Source: Dudresnaya verticillata (Eukaryota). From it: 64,000 nt of DNA. The stretch's first letter is position 1. Every line of letters starts with the position of its first letter. The position numbers were made by a program, and so were the translations under genes. This document shows, one piece after another, positions 12,701 through 24,600 of this stretch. The DNA lies in contig OZ374557.1 in assembly GCA_977862235.1 (NCBI GenBank), positions 558,001 to 622,000 on the forward strand. The letters are read 5' to 3'. The notes under the pieces are model-generated. The model searched no databases, had not been told where the DNA came from, and saw only the letters and a program-made list of their open reading frames with translations.

Positions 12701-14405
12701 CTTCTTGGGCACCAGAACGACTGGCGATGCCCACTCCGACGTGGCGGGTTCGATTACCCCTACACGCAGCATGGTCTCGACCTCGTTCTGTACGAGCTTC
12801 CGCGTAGCGGGGCCCTGTCGATAGGGCATTGAGCGAATCGGCCGCGTGCTGGGTTCCACGTCGATGTGGTGTTGCGTAGAGGCAATGCCTATCCAGCCGT
12901 CCCACATGGACTGATGCTTCCGAAGCATGGAGAGGACTTCTTCGCGGGTGACCTTGTCTTCGATAGACGAAAGGTCCACCTGCGACTCCCAGTCCTCGAC
13001 GGACTCTCCTTTCTCCGCCGCTGCGGTTGCTGCTCCTTGGAGCTTTGTGGTCTCTGGGCCCCTTTTCATCGACGGCGTGACTGGGGGGGTCATTCCTCCC
13101 CTTACCCCTGGGCCGCTGCGCTTTGTGGGGAAGGGTGGTGATATTCATCGCCCTCCCGAACTCTTCCGCGACGTCGCGGTCCAGGGTTATCAGGGCGACA
13201 GGGTTGCGGACCGCATAGCCAACCACGGTACCCTTCGGTAGGGGCCGGGCTTTGTCCGTCCAGTTGCCCAAGATAACCCCGAAGGGTCGCCCCGACTCGA
13301 TGTCGTGCACCCCGTTGGTCAGTCTCACGCCGTGGTGCAACTGCAACGAGGGTTTGGGCTCCGTATGGATTAACCCACTAGCCCCCGAGGTCACCGAGAC
13401 GAGCCTCTGCGAGTAGGCTGGGACAACCACCTGCCTAGCGAGGCGTGTCGTGTGGGTATCGTGATCCCAGTCGAGGAGCTCCCCCTGGTACTTCTTCGAA
13501 AACCCCTTCGATGGGTTCTTCGGCTGCGTTGCTGGATCGGATCCCTCGCTAGGGTTCCTGCGGCTGAGAATGGGCACCGAGCCTCCTTTCCTCAGCGTCA
13601 GCCTTCTCGACTCGACTTCGATCCCGCGCACGTGCGCGTTGATAAACTGCGTGCCTATCGGTAAGTCGACCGGGAGCGTGTCGGCGACGATGAAAGGCAC
13701 GCGGAACGTCGTGTTCCCCAACCTCATCGAGAGGTGGACGACGCCGGACAGCCTCAGCGGAGTCTTGTCGGCGCCTGCCAGGCGTGGCTCGGAGTCGATC
13801 TCTGACGCGTTTTCCTCCCAGCCTGCGGGCAGGGCAGCTCGAGCGATGAGGTTGTACCCGGAGCCGGTGTCCACCGCGCTGGTCTGGGGTTTCATAACCC
13901 GCGGGTCCGCACCGAGGGACCCGGACACTCGGTAAATCTCGAAGGACAGGAGGCACACGTACCAATCGGGGGTAGCGGCCGGCTCTGCGTTGATGTATGG
14001 AGCACCGGTACCCTCGCGTCGAGCGTCGGGTACCTCCTGTCCCTCCATCGGGGAGCTGCGCCCTTTCCGCCTGGCCTGCCGCTTGGGTCGACGCCGCGGC
14101 GGCCAGGGTGGTTTGGTACGCGTCGCCCACGACGTCCCGTAGACCGGGACGTCGCTCGTGGCCTTCGAAGCGCCGCTGCGCTCGACGTGGGGTTCTCTGC
14201 CCCCAACGCCGTCGAAGGTGAAAGGGACGGTGGGTCTGGTGTTGGACAAGATGGTGCGCGCAACCGCACGAGCGGCGCCGCCTTTATTCTTTTTCCGGAT
14301 CGACCCGGTCAGAATTATCCCCGGAATCCGAACGTTCGTGCTCGATTCCGATCGGGTGTTTCGTAACCCCTGAGGCGCCTCGCGTCGATCGCGGAGGCGT
14401 GTCAA
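9760..14405 (-). pseudogene. pol: pol of element A (protease, RT, RNase H, integrase, chromodomain), frameshifted
   Basis: AVDTGSGYN (PR); LRFCVDYR, MPFGLKNA, YLDD (RT); DTDASAYQIG, ERNYSATERE, TDH (RNase H); HH..GHP..C..C and SDNGKQF (IN); LFVVDKVLDHGTADDGTLVFKVKWTGYCKTTWEP (chromodomain, ~9760-9945). Confidence 0.95.
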
Positions 14406-16725
14406 AAAGCAGAGGGGAATCGCTTCCCTGCCCGCTGGCTGTCTCTCCCTTGTGCCGCGCGTCGAGCGCTTGCGGAAGGCACTCGTCGGCGGTGAGATCG
14501 GTGTGCTCCTGCACCTTCATAACTGCTCGGAGCAGTTAGCGGCGCGGGTCGGCCCTCGGAGGCATCGATGCCTGAGTTTGACGGCCAGCGGGCTCGTCGA
14601 AGCCGACCCGCTTATCGCGCAGCAGGAACCGTGGTGCGGCGCCTTGGCGGTACTCGCGGCGTGGATCTCGACGATCCTCGCGGTACCCCTGCGGCTCTCC
14701 GCGGTATCTTGGTGCGCCCATGCGCTGCGGGGGACCTCTCGCGTCGAAGTGTCGGTCCCCACCACGCGGGGTGTCGTAGCACCATGAGGGGTTCCTTGTC
14801 CTTGCGCCCGCTGGCGCGCGCTCGTCGATGGGCTGTTGGAGCATATTACGCGAATGCGGCTGCGTTTCCATTCGATGGTTGCAGTTCGTATACCCGCAGT
14901 ACGTCTGCTGTTCCTTCGTGAGGTACAGGCACGAATACATGATGTGCCCGACCTCGCGGCAGAACCAGCAGATGTACCATCCCTGTCAATCAGGGATGAC
15001 TATGCGTTCCATCACCTCCTGCCTTGGAGTGAGCGGTGGTATGCGCTTGGGTAGGACCGCGTCGATGCGTCCTGTAATGTCGAGGATCTCGACGGCCTCT
15101 GTCGACCCAGCTGTCGATAGCGCGGGTGCGACCATGGTGGACCCCGACGCCGACGGGTTCGAACCCGTCGGCGTCGGGGTCCACCAGCATTGTGCTGTCG
15201 ATAGCAACGTCCCCGCTGGGATAGCTTGGTGGGCCATCGCTGAGCAGTTTACGGCCGCTTGCCGAGCTGCCACCTGACTTGCCGCACCCCGAGGTGTTCG
15301 TAGGCTGCGCTGCCTTTGCCGAACGGGCGCGGTAGGTTGTGCCCGGGCTATGGGCAATCCGACGAACGGTACTAAGATTGGTCTGTTTGACCATAGGCAG
15401 CTGCTTGACCTTCTCCGCCACTGCGGGTCTTGTCGTGGGCAGCAGGCCCCGAAGAAACTGATGCGTCAAGTTCTCATCGGAGTACACGCCAGCGCAGGCG
15501 TCCGCATACCCTTCGAGGCGAGTGGCGAACTCAAGCTCGGACTCGGTGTCCCTCTGCTTGGCGGTGGTCAGCCGGTCATGGGCGTCTGCGATGACGTCCT
15601 CCGTGACGAACCTCTCGACGAGGGTATTGACCACCGAGGCCCAGCAGGGCGGGGTGCCGCGCTGCGTTGTGCGCACCCCAGAGAACAGGTGACTCGAGTA
15701 CACCTCCGATGCGGTTCCATCGAGGAATCAGGACACCACACGCGCCGCTGCGCCTTCGGATAGTCCAACGCCATTGAATGCTTGGCGTAGCTGTCGAAGC
15801 ACACCAAGCAGGCGAATCGGCTCCTCGCCGTCGAACCGGTCGAGCCGGGGCATCAGGGCCTTCATCCGGCTGACAAGCTTCGCAGTGTTGCCGCTGCACA
15901 CCTGCTGTTGGTTGTCCCGCTGATCTACGTCATCGAGACGGTAAGAGCGTTAGTCGATCTCCTTAGCGAACTCTGGCACCAACGTGGTTAACGGCTCGAT
16001 GCCTGCCATGAGTGGGACCCAATGCCAGTAGGCAGAGACGGGCCCTCGTGCCGTTGGGGGGTCGGTCCCCCCTTTGTGTTTTGCCCGTCGAGGGCTTGTT
16101 GGAGCAACCTGGGGTCGACCCCGTAGAACGGATTGGGTTCCCCACTCGGATGGTGCAACCCCACCGCACTCCTCGGTGGAGATGGCGGTGGTGAAGGAAA
16201 GCGATGCCGAGCTCGTTGCTCCGCAAGTATGGCAGGGGCCAATTATTGAACTGCACCCGTTGGTGACTGCGATCGCGGAGAAGAGCGCTGCGCCGACGAC
16301 GGGCCCGTAGCCCGCTGGCGTTGCCGCGTCGGCGCGCGCTCTATCAACTCAACGCGGCGGCGTAGCTCACCGAGGAGCCCCTGTGACCGCGTTATTCCGT
16401 CCTCGGTGGACGCCAAAGGACCACGTCGAAGCGTGTCCAGGTCTTGCTGGCCGTCAGCCTTCGCCGTAGCTATCGACGCTGTAAGATGGTCGTACACCTC
16501 GGCTAGCGAGTCCATGGTCTCCTCATACAGCAGCTGGAGGTTGGCCACCGAGACCAGACTCCCGGCGAGGGACTTTTGCAGCGCGGTCCTCCGCTCGAGC
16601 CTCACATCGTGCAGAGGAGTACCTGACACGCCGATGGTACTCAGTATTGAGGTGCGATGCGTCGCTTCCTCGACGTTTCCGGCAGCGGCCGATGCGGCAG
16701 CGGCCGGGTCAGGAGGACTCGACAT
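14370..16725 (-). pseudogene. gag: gag of element A, frameshifted
   Basis: ORF pieces 16243-16725, 14990-15703 (AKQRDTESELEFATRL...FLRGL, retrotransposon gag-like) and 14536-14940, directly downstream of the PBS. Confidence 0.85.
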
Positions 16726-16773
16726 TCTTTACTTCGAGCGCGTCGATGTGAGAAGTACTTGGGTCTCGACGAC

Positions 16774-16791
16774 TTCTAGGTCGGGAGACCA
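16774..16791 (-). promoter_or_regulatory. Primer-binding site (tRNA-Tyr), element A
   Basis: Minus strand TGGTCTCCCGACCTAGAA, 1 nt from the LTR end. Matches the 3' 18 nt of the tRNA-Tyr copy at 36111-36177 at 17/18 positions. Confidence 0.92.
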
Positions 16792-16792
16792 G

Positions 16793-17565
16793 TGTGGTAT
16801 AGACGTCGGGTCGATCCGACGTCTGATACTTGCTGGTCCGAAGCCGCCACACAGACCCGTCGATGGGTAGCTGTTGGGGTTGGTAGAGCGGTGTCGGCCG
16901 CGTGCGCCCCGCAGGTGCGGATCGACGGCGTCGATGCCGGAGCGCGCACGGGGCGTACCGTACGCGGGTAGGCAGCGGCCGGATCCCAGCGTCCCTGTCG
17001 AAGGGCGGCACGAAGCCGACGGAAAGGAAAAGGAAAGAGGAAAAGCCTAGCGAGGCAAGGGGAAAAAGGGAAACCGCCCGCTGTCGTAAGGCAAAGGGAT
17101 CGAACCCGAAAAGGCTGGAGGCAAGCTTCAGCGCGAGCTGTCGCTTGCCCGGTTTACTGAGCCGTCGATGGCCGACGGTCTTAAATACCCTACACTATGT
17201 GCACTACAACTACTCTACTGTAGGTGCGCCCCACGACACCAACGCGGGAGGTGTGCGAGCGCCCGCCCATACACGTGTCGACACGTCCGGGTAACGGTTA
17301 CCCGTGGGCGCGCGCGGGGTGTAGCGGCCAGCGGACCTCTCAACGGCTCGATGCCGGAGAGCGTCACTGGGCGCGCCGTGTGCGGCACGACGCGCGGGAG
17401 CTGCCGGCAGCAATGCGGTCGACCGCTACGAAATCAACGAAAAAACTAAGGGCACGCTGCCCAACCACGACTCGCCAGCGGGCGTCATCGTGTACACCAT
17501 TACAGTGTAGGGCTGCCAGTATACCTTACAGCCGCTGCTGATAGTGTGCTAACAGCTATACTACA
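16793..17565 (-). repeat. 5' LTR of element A
   Basis: Direct repeat of 4424-5196, followed by TSD ATCAT. Confidence 0.97.
17156..17187 (-). promoter_or_regulatory. LTR core promoter: TATA plus Inr-like TCAGT
   Basis: Minus strand TATTTAA (17181-17187), then ~20 nt, then TCAGTAAACC. The TCAGTAAA motif recurs at 29570, 37345 and 48785. Confidence 0.6.
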
Positions 17566-17570
17566 ATCAT

Positions 17571-19231
17571 TAACGCGAAAGGGTAACACCTTCCCCCCGT
17601 TAAGACGCAGGTGAGTGCAGAACGCGTCTCCCAATTGGGCACGAAGTAGTTCTTCGGTAGAAATCGGCCGAAGCAAGTCTTCGTCTTGTGCAGGTGGGGT
17701 GGTGACCAGCAACCGGTCAAAGGCGTCGTAGTCGTGAGAGAGAAAATCCTCGTCGTTCGTATCAAGAGCGTGGTTGGCCACGAAGCACGGAATGTCGTCA
17801 TCGATAGGTTGCTGGGTCTCGCCCAGGGTTTGCAAACGTGACTGCGCGTCGGCCTGGGTATTGAGCCGTCCCTTCTTGTACTTGACATCAAAGTCGAATT
17901 CGGAAAGGCGTAAGAGCCATCGCATAAGCCGACCAGACGGGTCGTTGATTTCCATGAGCTATCTCAGTGACGAGTGATCCGTGTGGATCGTAAAGTGCTC
18001 CAATTGGAGGTACGGTCTCAACGTGGTGACAGCCCACACGACAGCGAGACATTCCTGCTCGGATACGGAATAGTTTTTCTCCGATGCTGTCAGCGATCGG
18101 GTGAAATATTCGAGTGGGCGTCGTTCGCCTTCGGCTATTGTTTGAAACAGGGCACACCCTACTTGATACTGACTGGTGTCGGTGTGGACGGAATACGCGA
18201 GCCCCGGCCTGGGTAAACCCAAAATTGGCGGCCGATCACCGCTTTTATCAACGCGCGGAACGCCGCGTCTTCTTCGGCTCCGAACGGTGCCAATTTCAGC
18301 AGCTGGGCCTTCTTGAGTAGCTTATTGATGGGGAGCAGCCACGTGTGCGTAATCGGGGACAAACCGCCGGTAGACATTGCAGAGACCAAAAAGGAGCGCA
18401 ACTCCGTCTGGGTTCGAGGATGTTGTGCCTCGCGTAATGCGGCGACCGCGGTTTGGTCGATCCCAAGTTGTCCGGGTCTTATGACGTGCCCGAGGTAGGT
18501 GACTGTATCCGTGAAGAAGTCACATTTCTTGAGTTTCAGGGTGACCCCTGCTCTCCGCAGCGTAGCGAGGATTTCCTCAACGTGTCGGTAATGGTAGTCG
18601 ATATCCCGCGAATATATGATCACATCGTCGAGATAAACGAGGCACGTCCTCCACTTAACTCCCGACAGGAGTATATCCAATGTACGCTGAAACGTCGCGG
18701 GCGCGTTAGTGAGCCCGAAGGGCATTCGTCGATAGCGGAACAGACCCGCGTGGCAAGTAAACGTAGTTTTGTCACGATCGCGGCGTGCAATGGGGATTTG
18801 CCAATACCCCGAATTGCAATCCAAGGTCGTGAATACCGACGCGTCACCCAGCGAGTCGATGTACTCGTCCATCCGCGGGAGTGGGTAGGTGTCGCGCACC
18901 GTGAGGGCGTTCAACCGTCGGTAGTCCACGCAGGATCGTATCGTCCCGTCGTTCTTCGGCGCGAACACGACTGGGGATGCCCAAGGCGACTGCGCGGGCT
19001 CGATGATCCCGGCGCGGAGCATCCGCTCGACTTCGGCCTGTTCCAGATCTCGCTGCTTTGGACCGGCTCGATACGGCGGCGACGAAAAGGGGCGCGACCC
19101 CGGGAGTAAATCGATGTAATGTTCGGTGGTGTTGATCTCGCCTAATTGGCCGTCCCACATAGACGAATACCTCCTGGTGAGCTCTCTCACGCTTACTTGA
19201 TGCACCAGCGGAAGGTGAGAAAGGTCAAGGT
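17571..19231 (-). pseudogene. pol: Element B pol 5' part: RT and RNase H
   Basis: ORF 18159-19205 (CVDYRRLN, MPFGLTNAPATFQR, YLDD); ORFs 17959-18222 and 17500-17955 carry RNase H motifs. Confidence 0.95.
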
Positions 19232-19257
19232 CCTAAAACCCCTAAAACCCCTAAACC

Positions 19258-20004
19258 GCGGGATTCGAGTAGCGCGTTCACATCCGCGCGTAGGGTGCGG
19301 AGGTCACCCGCGAGGGTGGCCTCTGCAGTACCGGCACGGCCTTCCGTGACGCCCCGGTACAGGGAATTGACCTTGATCACCATCTCGTCGTAACCGACTT
19401 CTAGGAGGGTCACGCGGTCAGCTTCATCGCGGCTTGCGGCGTCAAGTGACGCCTGTAAACCCGCGATTTGCCGCGAAAGTCGCGACGCGAGGTTTTGGTC
19501 CTCGTTAATGCACACGGCGCGGATAGCCGCTCTTGGCAAGATGGCGCCAGACTGCACAAAAGCGCCAGTTGGGGCTGGAATTGGAACGATGGTTGACACC
19601 CGTGTTGGGGGTACTGGGTCCGAAGGTACCTCTTCGTACGAGGGCTCGCCCGACGGAGCGTTCTCCGGAACGACTTGTGTCGAGATCGAGGTTATATCTT
19701 CGGGGGGCACTGCTGAGGGCCCAGTGCCGCCCGGAGCACCGGTGTTGGCAGGCGGGTAGGAAGCGCTACGCGCAGAAACCTGGGGAGGTAGAATCTCGGT
19801 GGTCATCCCCGTTGGTGGCGACGGAAACGGCGGCGGCGTTTGTACCGCGGACGCGTCCGAGCGACGTGTAGCCGTCGAGTGGCCAACAAAGGCGACTCCA
19901 ATTTCGGGAATAACCTGGCGTTCTTCTAGCGCGCGTGAGCGCGTAACAGGGACCGTTATGGCCCCCGGAGTAGACGAGGTCTTCCTCGATTTCGGCGGTC
20001 CCAT
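19258..20004 (-). pseudogene. gag: Element B gag N-terminus, fused by deletion directly to RT
   Basis: ORF 19225-20004 starts ~120 nt after the PBS and resembles the gag N-terminus of element C (IRAVCINED vs IREVCVLED). The gag core and protease are absent. Confidence 0.8.
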
Positions 20005-20126
20005 TAGGGGAGAAGTGGAATTCCACGGGCGGTAGATAGTTGACCCTTGTGGTAATTCCGGAGGGTTCTCCGTAGGAACTTGATAGTATTAAAACGAGGT
20101 AAGCCTCTCGATTGGTCTAAGTAGTC

Positions 20127-20144
20127 TTCTAGGTCGGGAGACCA
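20127..20144 (-). promoter_or_regulatory. Primer-binding site (tRNA-Tyr), element B
   Basis: TTCTAGGTCGGGAGACCA on the plus strand, 3 nt from the LTR. Confidence 0.92.
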
Positions 20145-20147
20145 CTT

Positions 20148-20993
20148 TGTGGTGCAACACCCGAACAACCGGGGATTGCCCCTAACCGTGTTCGAGCGGT
20201 CTCCCGCGGTGTGGTAGAGGGCGTCAACGCGATGAGGCGGACGCCGTGGGTCGGTGGAGCAACCAGGACACGGGGTGTGCCCCGGAAGGTAGAAAGTGTG
20301 ACCGGCGTCAACTGTAAAACCCCCGATCCACTAGAAGTGCCGTAGTGCACGTGAAACGATGAAGGCGATTACGCCGGTGAATGCCGTTGAAGTCAGGCGG
20401 TAGAACGGGGTACGTAAACCCAAGTCGCGCGCGGTGTCGTCACCGAGTGCGAAGGTGGGGGTATCTTCGAGTTCCTAGGCCTGCTTGGCGCTTTACAGTG
20501 AGGGGGTTCGCCCCGTATACTAAGTATCCCCCGCGGGAGGTGCGCACGCTTGTGTGGCGCCATGCGCTTGACACTTGGCATGCGCGCGCACCGCGAGCTC
20601 ACAAAAATATCGCGCAAAAATACCTAGCGTAGAAGTACTACTACCGCACTGTAAATCAGTGTAATCTAAGGATGCGCATTGCTGGCGCGCACCCGGTCGA
20701 AGACTTCCTCGGATATATGTGGCGCGCATGTGCGCGTGTAAACGTGGGCTCGTGTCGCTCGTGTGCGGCGGTGGCACATGTCGCGCTGGTGCACGCGCCG
20801 TGCCAAGGGCTCGACGTCCATTGGTACGATCTCGCACGCGCGATGCCGGCTCGGGGTCTGCCCGTCGCGTCATATGCCGGCGTATGCGCTCATCGCGGGT
20901 CACCCGCGTTCGTCGGCGAGTGTTGACAGATACACGCGGGCTTCCGCGCAAAAGCGATATAAAACGGGGTACTTCCCGGGCCTTTGCACCACA
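20148..20993 (-). repeat. 5' LTR of element B
   Basis: Perfect terminal inverted repeat TGTGGTGCAA...TTGCACCACA, adjacent to the PBS. Confidence 0.8.
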
Positions 20994-21627
20994 GAACCCA
21001 CGACAACTACGTCTTCAACCACCTTCCCCCTTATCGGTTCGTTCGTCGGTGCGCCCCTTCTTGGCTAGTTACGTCGGAGACGTTCAACGTGTGCTTTCGT
21101 GCGAAGCCGTGGATGGAAGGATGAAGGTTCCAAGGACTTGGCCACGGTGCGAGTGGGCATCTCGACGTCGGAGACGGTTGTTGCGAGCTGCCACTTGCGC
21201 CTGTCGTCGCTGGTACTCGTAGCACCTGCGCAGCCACTTGGCATGATTGTGCTCGTCGCGCATTGACTGCTGGGCAGTGCTCCCTGCCGTGTTTGCACAT
21301 TAAAAATTGCCCAACTACGTCTTGCTCCTATTACCCGATGGGCACGGGCGGCGGATCTCGATTTGCGATCTGGATCCACTGTCAACCCCACATCTATCCA
21401 GGGTTCCTGTATGGCGGCCGCTGCGAGGTGCCCGTTCGCGTGGCTGTCTATTATGCAACGACTTGCATCCACGTCCGTCCATCACGCGCACACGTGTCTG
21501 TCGCTACGGCGGGTGTGGCCGCGTTCACATGCCACGGGTTGGGCGTCCACGCCTTTGGCGACCGTAACTCGAGCACGCGGTCTCGATAGTCCGTCCATTC
21601 GCTTGTAGCGGTGTTTCCGGATTAGGG

Positions 21628-24600
21628 TTAGCCACGCTGCGCGTCATCGATGTTTGGCGGCAGGTGCGTGCGTTTTCGATGGTGGTACTGTGTGACGTGA
21701 GATCGCGGCAAACTGGAGACGGGCTCCCAGGTGTTCGGTGAAGCGGGGTATCCAAACGACTTGACGCGGTAGAGGATCGCACCATCATCCGCGTACCCGT
21801 GCGACTCGATACGTTCAATAACGTATTCTTTCCCGCTCACAGCAATCAGCTTGGACATGTGCCCTTCCAGCGCCTTTGGCGGTTCGTCTCGTTGCGTGAT
21901 GGGCTTCTATACCGGTTCGGTGAAGCGTACTCGACGGGTTTATCGCCGAAGGCGCTGGTCTTGGGCCTCGGACGCTCGTTCAGCGATCACTGTTTTGCTG
22001 CGTCTTGGGACGGGTCCATCGCTTGCAGCGCCTTGCTTCGTGCTTGCACGGTTAACATATTCGTTATCGGATGCGCTTTCAGAGGAATCGTTATTATCAT
22101 TCGGCGGTGCCGTAGCGACGTGTTCCAAACGTGTGTGAACCCCTGGGGTACTGTCGTCGTTGGAGACGGATTGCAATGCGCGGTCGTCGGGGTCGGCGGC
22201 AAAGGGCGAAAGCTCTGCCAACCCACGACTGCGTGATGTTGCAATCGTACGATCTTGCCGACCTCCCGCAGTATGCGAAGTCTATGCGTCCTCCGGGTCC
22301 GCTGGTGGCGTGTCTGAGGTATTCATCCCTTCGTCTTGTGACGTGGGGGCGGTTGCGTCCTGCTCCTCAGGCGGGCCTGGTGGTACGACGATTGGAGGGG
22401 CGGCCTGACCTGGTGGGGTCGGCGCCAAGACCACGTGGTCTCGGGACAAACGTTCCCGCTCTCCACGTCCCTTATCGACGGTCACTGTCTTGTTATCAAC
22501 ATTAGTTACCCGATATGGTACGTCCGCACTGGCGCCAACTTATGTTTCCGCTCCGAGCGATCAGTGTTTCCGCCTCAGGCGAAGTATTCTTGGCGTACGA
22601 ATACGAAGTCGCCTACGGCGATTGCTTCCTGCGATTTCCTTTACTGGGTATCAAAGTTTCGTTTGTAACGTGCTTGAGTTTTCTATAACGACGCTTTAGT
22701 GGTTCCCATCATCAGTGCGGCCAGCCAGGTTCGCCACTTGGTGTAGTATTGCCCCGCGGTAGGTAGGCTTTCGAGCGACGGTTCCAATTCAAGCGACAAT
22801 GGCCGTGGTGGCTTAGACAGCACCAGTTCAAACGGAGCGAGATGCGTAGACGAATGCAACTGTGTGTTTTATGCGAATGTCAAGGCATCCGTGAACAGGT
22901 CCCAGTCTCTCGGATGATCCTCAACGTAGTGGCGCAGCGAGGCCAGGGTAGTTCGATTGAATTTTTCTACCTGGCCATTGCATTGAGTGTGGTACGTCGT
23001 GGTGAAGAGATTCTTCACTCCCAAAAGACGGCAGATACCCTGAAACAACTTGGCGCGGTGCCGGAGGTGGAGTAAGCGAGCGCGTAACGCGGAGGGTACG
23101 ACCACTTGCGGGCGGACTTCCACTGTTCCAACCAATAGTCCCTGTTCATCCGTTGCGGACGGTAGGCCGCTTCCGTCAGCCAGAGGTTTCCTGATTTCGG
23201 TACAGTATTGGTCATTGCCTTCAGCGTGTACCAACTCTTCATCGTCACTTGGCGTAGGATTACCTCATCCGCCAGTGGCGAGCTGTTGATCAACACTTGG
23301 TCGAACTCGCGTTCGGAGAAGTCGACCTCGCCTTCGGAGTCTGACAGATCGTCTTCTGACGTTTAATGTCCGTCTTCGACGTAGCTTCCGTGATAGCATT
23401 GTATACCATCGTCAATGGGTTCGACGATTTCCTATTCGTCTGTAGACGCGAAAGGGCATCTGCCTGCGTATTAAGGTACCCCTTTTTGTACTTCAAGACG
23501 AATCGAACTCGGAAAGGCGAAGTAGCCAGCGCATTAACCGTCCAGAGGGGCCGCTGATTTCCATCAGCCACCTCAACGACGAGTGGTCCGTATGAACGGT
23601 GAATGCCTCCATCTGGAGGTAAGGTCGCAACGTCACGACGGACCATACTACTGCGAGGCACTCCTTTTCGGAGACCGAGTAACGCTCTGGAGCGGTGAGC
23701 GAGGGAGACCGGAAGCTGAGTGGCTTCCGTTCTCCGTCGGGCTGCGTTTGAAAGAGAGCTCAGTCGACTTGATACTCGCTAGCGTCGCAATCGACGGAAT
23801 CGGGTAGGCCCTGCTGTGGTAACGCCAGGATGGGCTGGTTCGTCGCAGCCTTGACCAGTGTGCTGAATTCCTTAGCTTGTGCCTCGTCGACGGGCGACAA
23901 CCGGAAGTCTTCCTCCTTCCTCAACAACTTGCTAAGGGGTGCAGCGACGTACGCGTATCCCGACACAAACCGTCTGTAGAGGTTACCCAGACCGAGGAAG
24001 CTCCATAGCTCTTTCTGATCCCGTGGATGCTTGGCTTCGCGTAGCGCGGCAGTGACAGTTCGATCGACTTCTAACCGTCCTGGACGTATGACATGACCCA
24101 CATAGTTGACGGTCGGGGTGAAGAAGTCAGACTTGGTCAACTTCAGGGTCACCCCGGCTCGGTGAGGGTCGATAGAATCTCTTCAACATGACGTAAATGG
24201 CTGTCGATGTCGCTTGAGAAGATTATTAAGTCGTCGAGGTAGACGAGGCATGAACGCCACTTGTAACCAGCGAGCAGTATTTCAATCGTTCGTTGAAACG
24301 TAGCGGGTGAGTTCGTGAGACCGAAAGGCATACGCTTATAGCGGAACAATCCGGCATGGAACGTGAAAGCAGTCTTATTGCGGTCTCGCGGGTTGATCGG
24401 CACCTGCCAGTACCCACTGTTACAGTCTAGGTTGGTGAAGACGTCTCTCTCCCCTAGACTGTAAATGGACTCGTCAATACGCGAAAGCGGATACGTATCC
24501 CGTACGGTTACTGCGTTTAAACGGCGGTAGTCTACGCAAAAGCGGAGGGTCCGTCCTTCTTGGGGGCGAAGACCACAGGTGACGACCACGGCGATTGTGC

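Larger units (their letters stand above)
4424..17565 (-). mobile_element. Element A: structurally complete Ty3/Gypsy chromodomain LTR retrotransposon (13.1 kb) with an antisense extra ORF
   Basis: Two 773-bp TG...CA LTRs, 5-bp TSD ATCAT at 4419-4423 and 17566-17570, PBS 16774-16791, PPT 5197-5210, and gag-PR-RT-RH-IN-chromodomain on the minus strand with frameshifts. Confidence 0.97.
1907..20993 (-). mobile_element. Element B: chromodomain Ty3/Gypsy retrotransposon, interrupted by element A, internally deleted, 3' LTR not found
   Basis: Removing 4424-17570 rejoins pol as ...LPFRVND|DGNVVRTVEGDPQVVVP. PBS at 20127-20144 and 5' LTR at 20148-20993. Confidence 0.85.

Noticed and set aside
12095..13093. 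Bacterial RT system (retron, DGR, group II intron)
   Set aside because: All RTs are Ty3/Gypsy type with protease, RNase H, integrase, LTRs and PBS.
20148..20993. LTR shared by B and C (tandem element)
   Set aside because: Only the 10-bp termini match C's 5' LTR, and the purine tract near 21020-21032 does not abut it.
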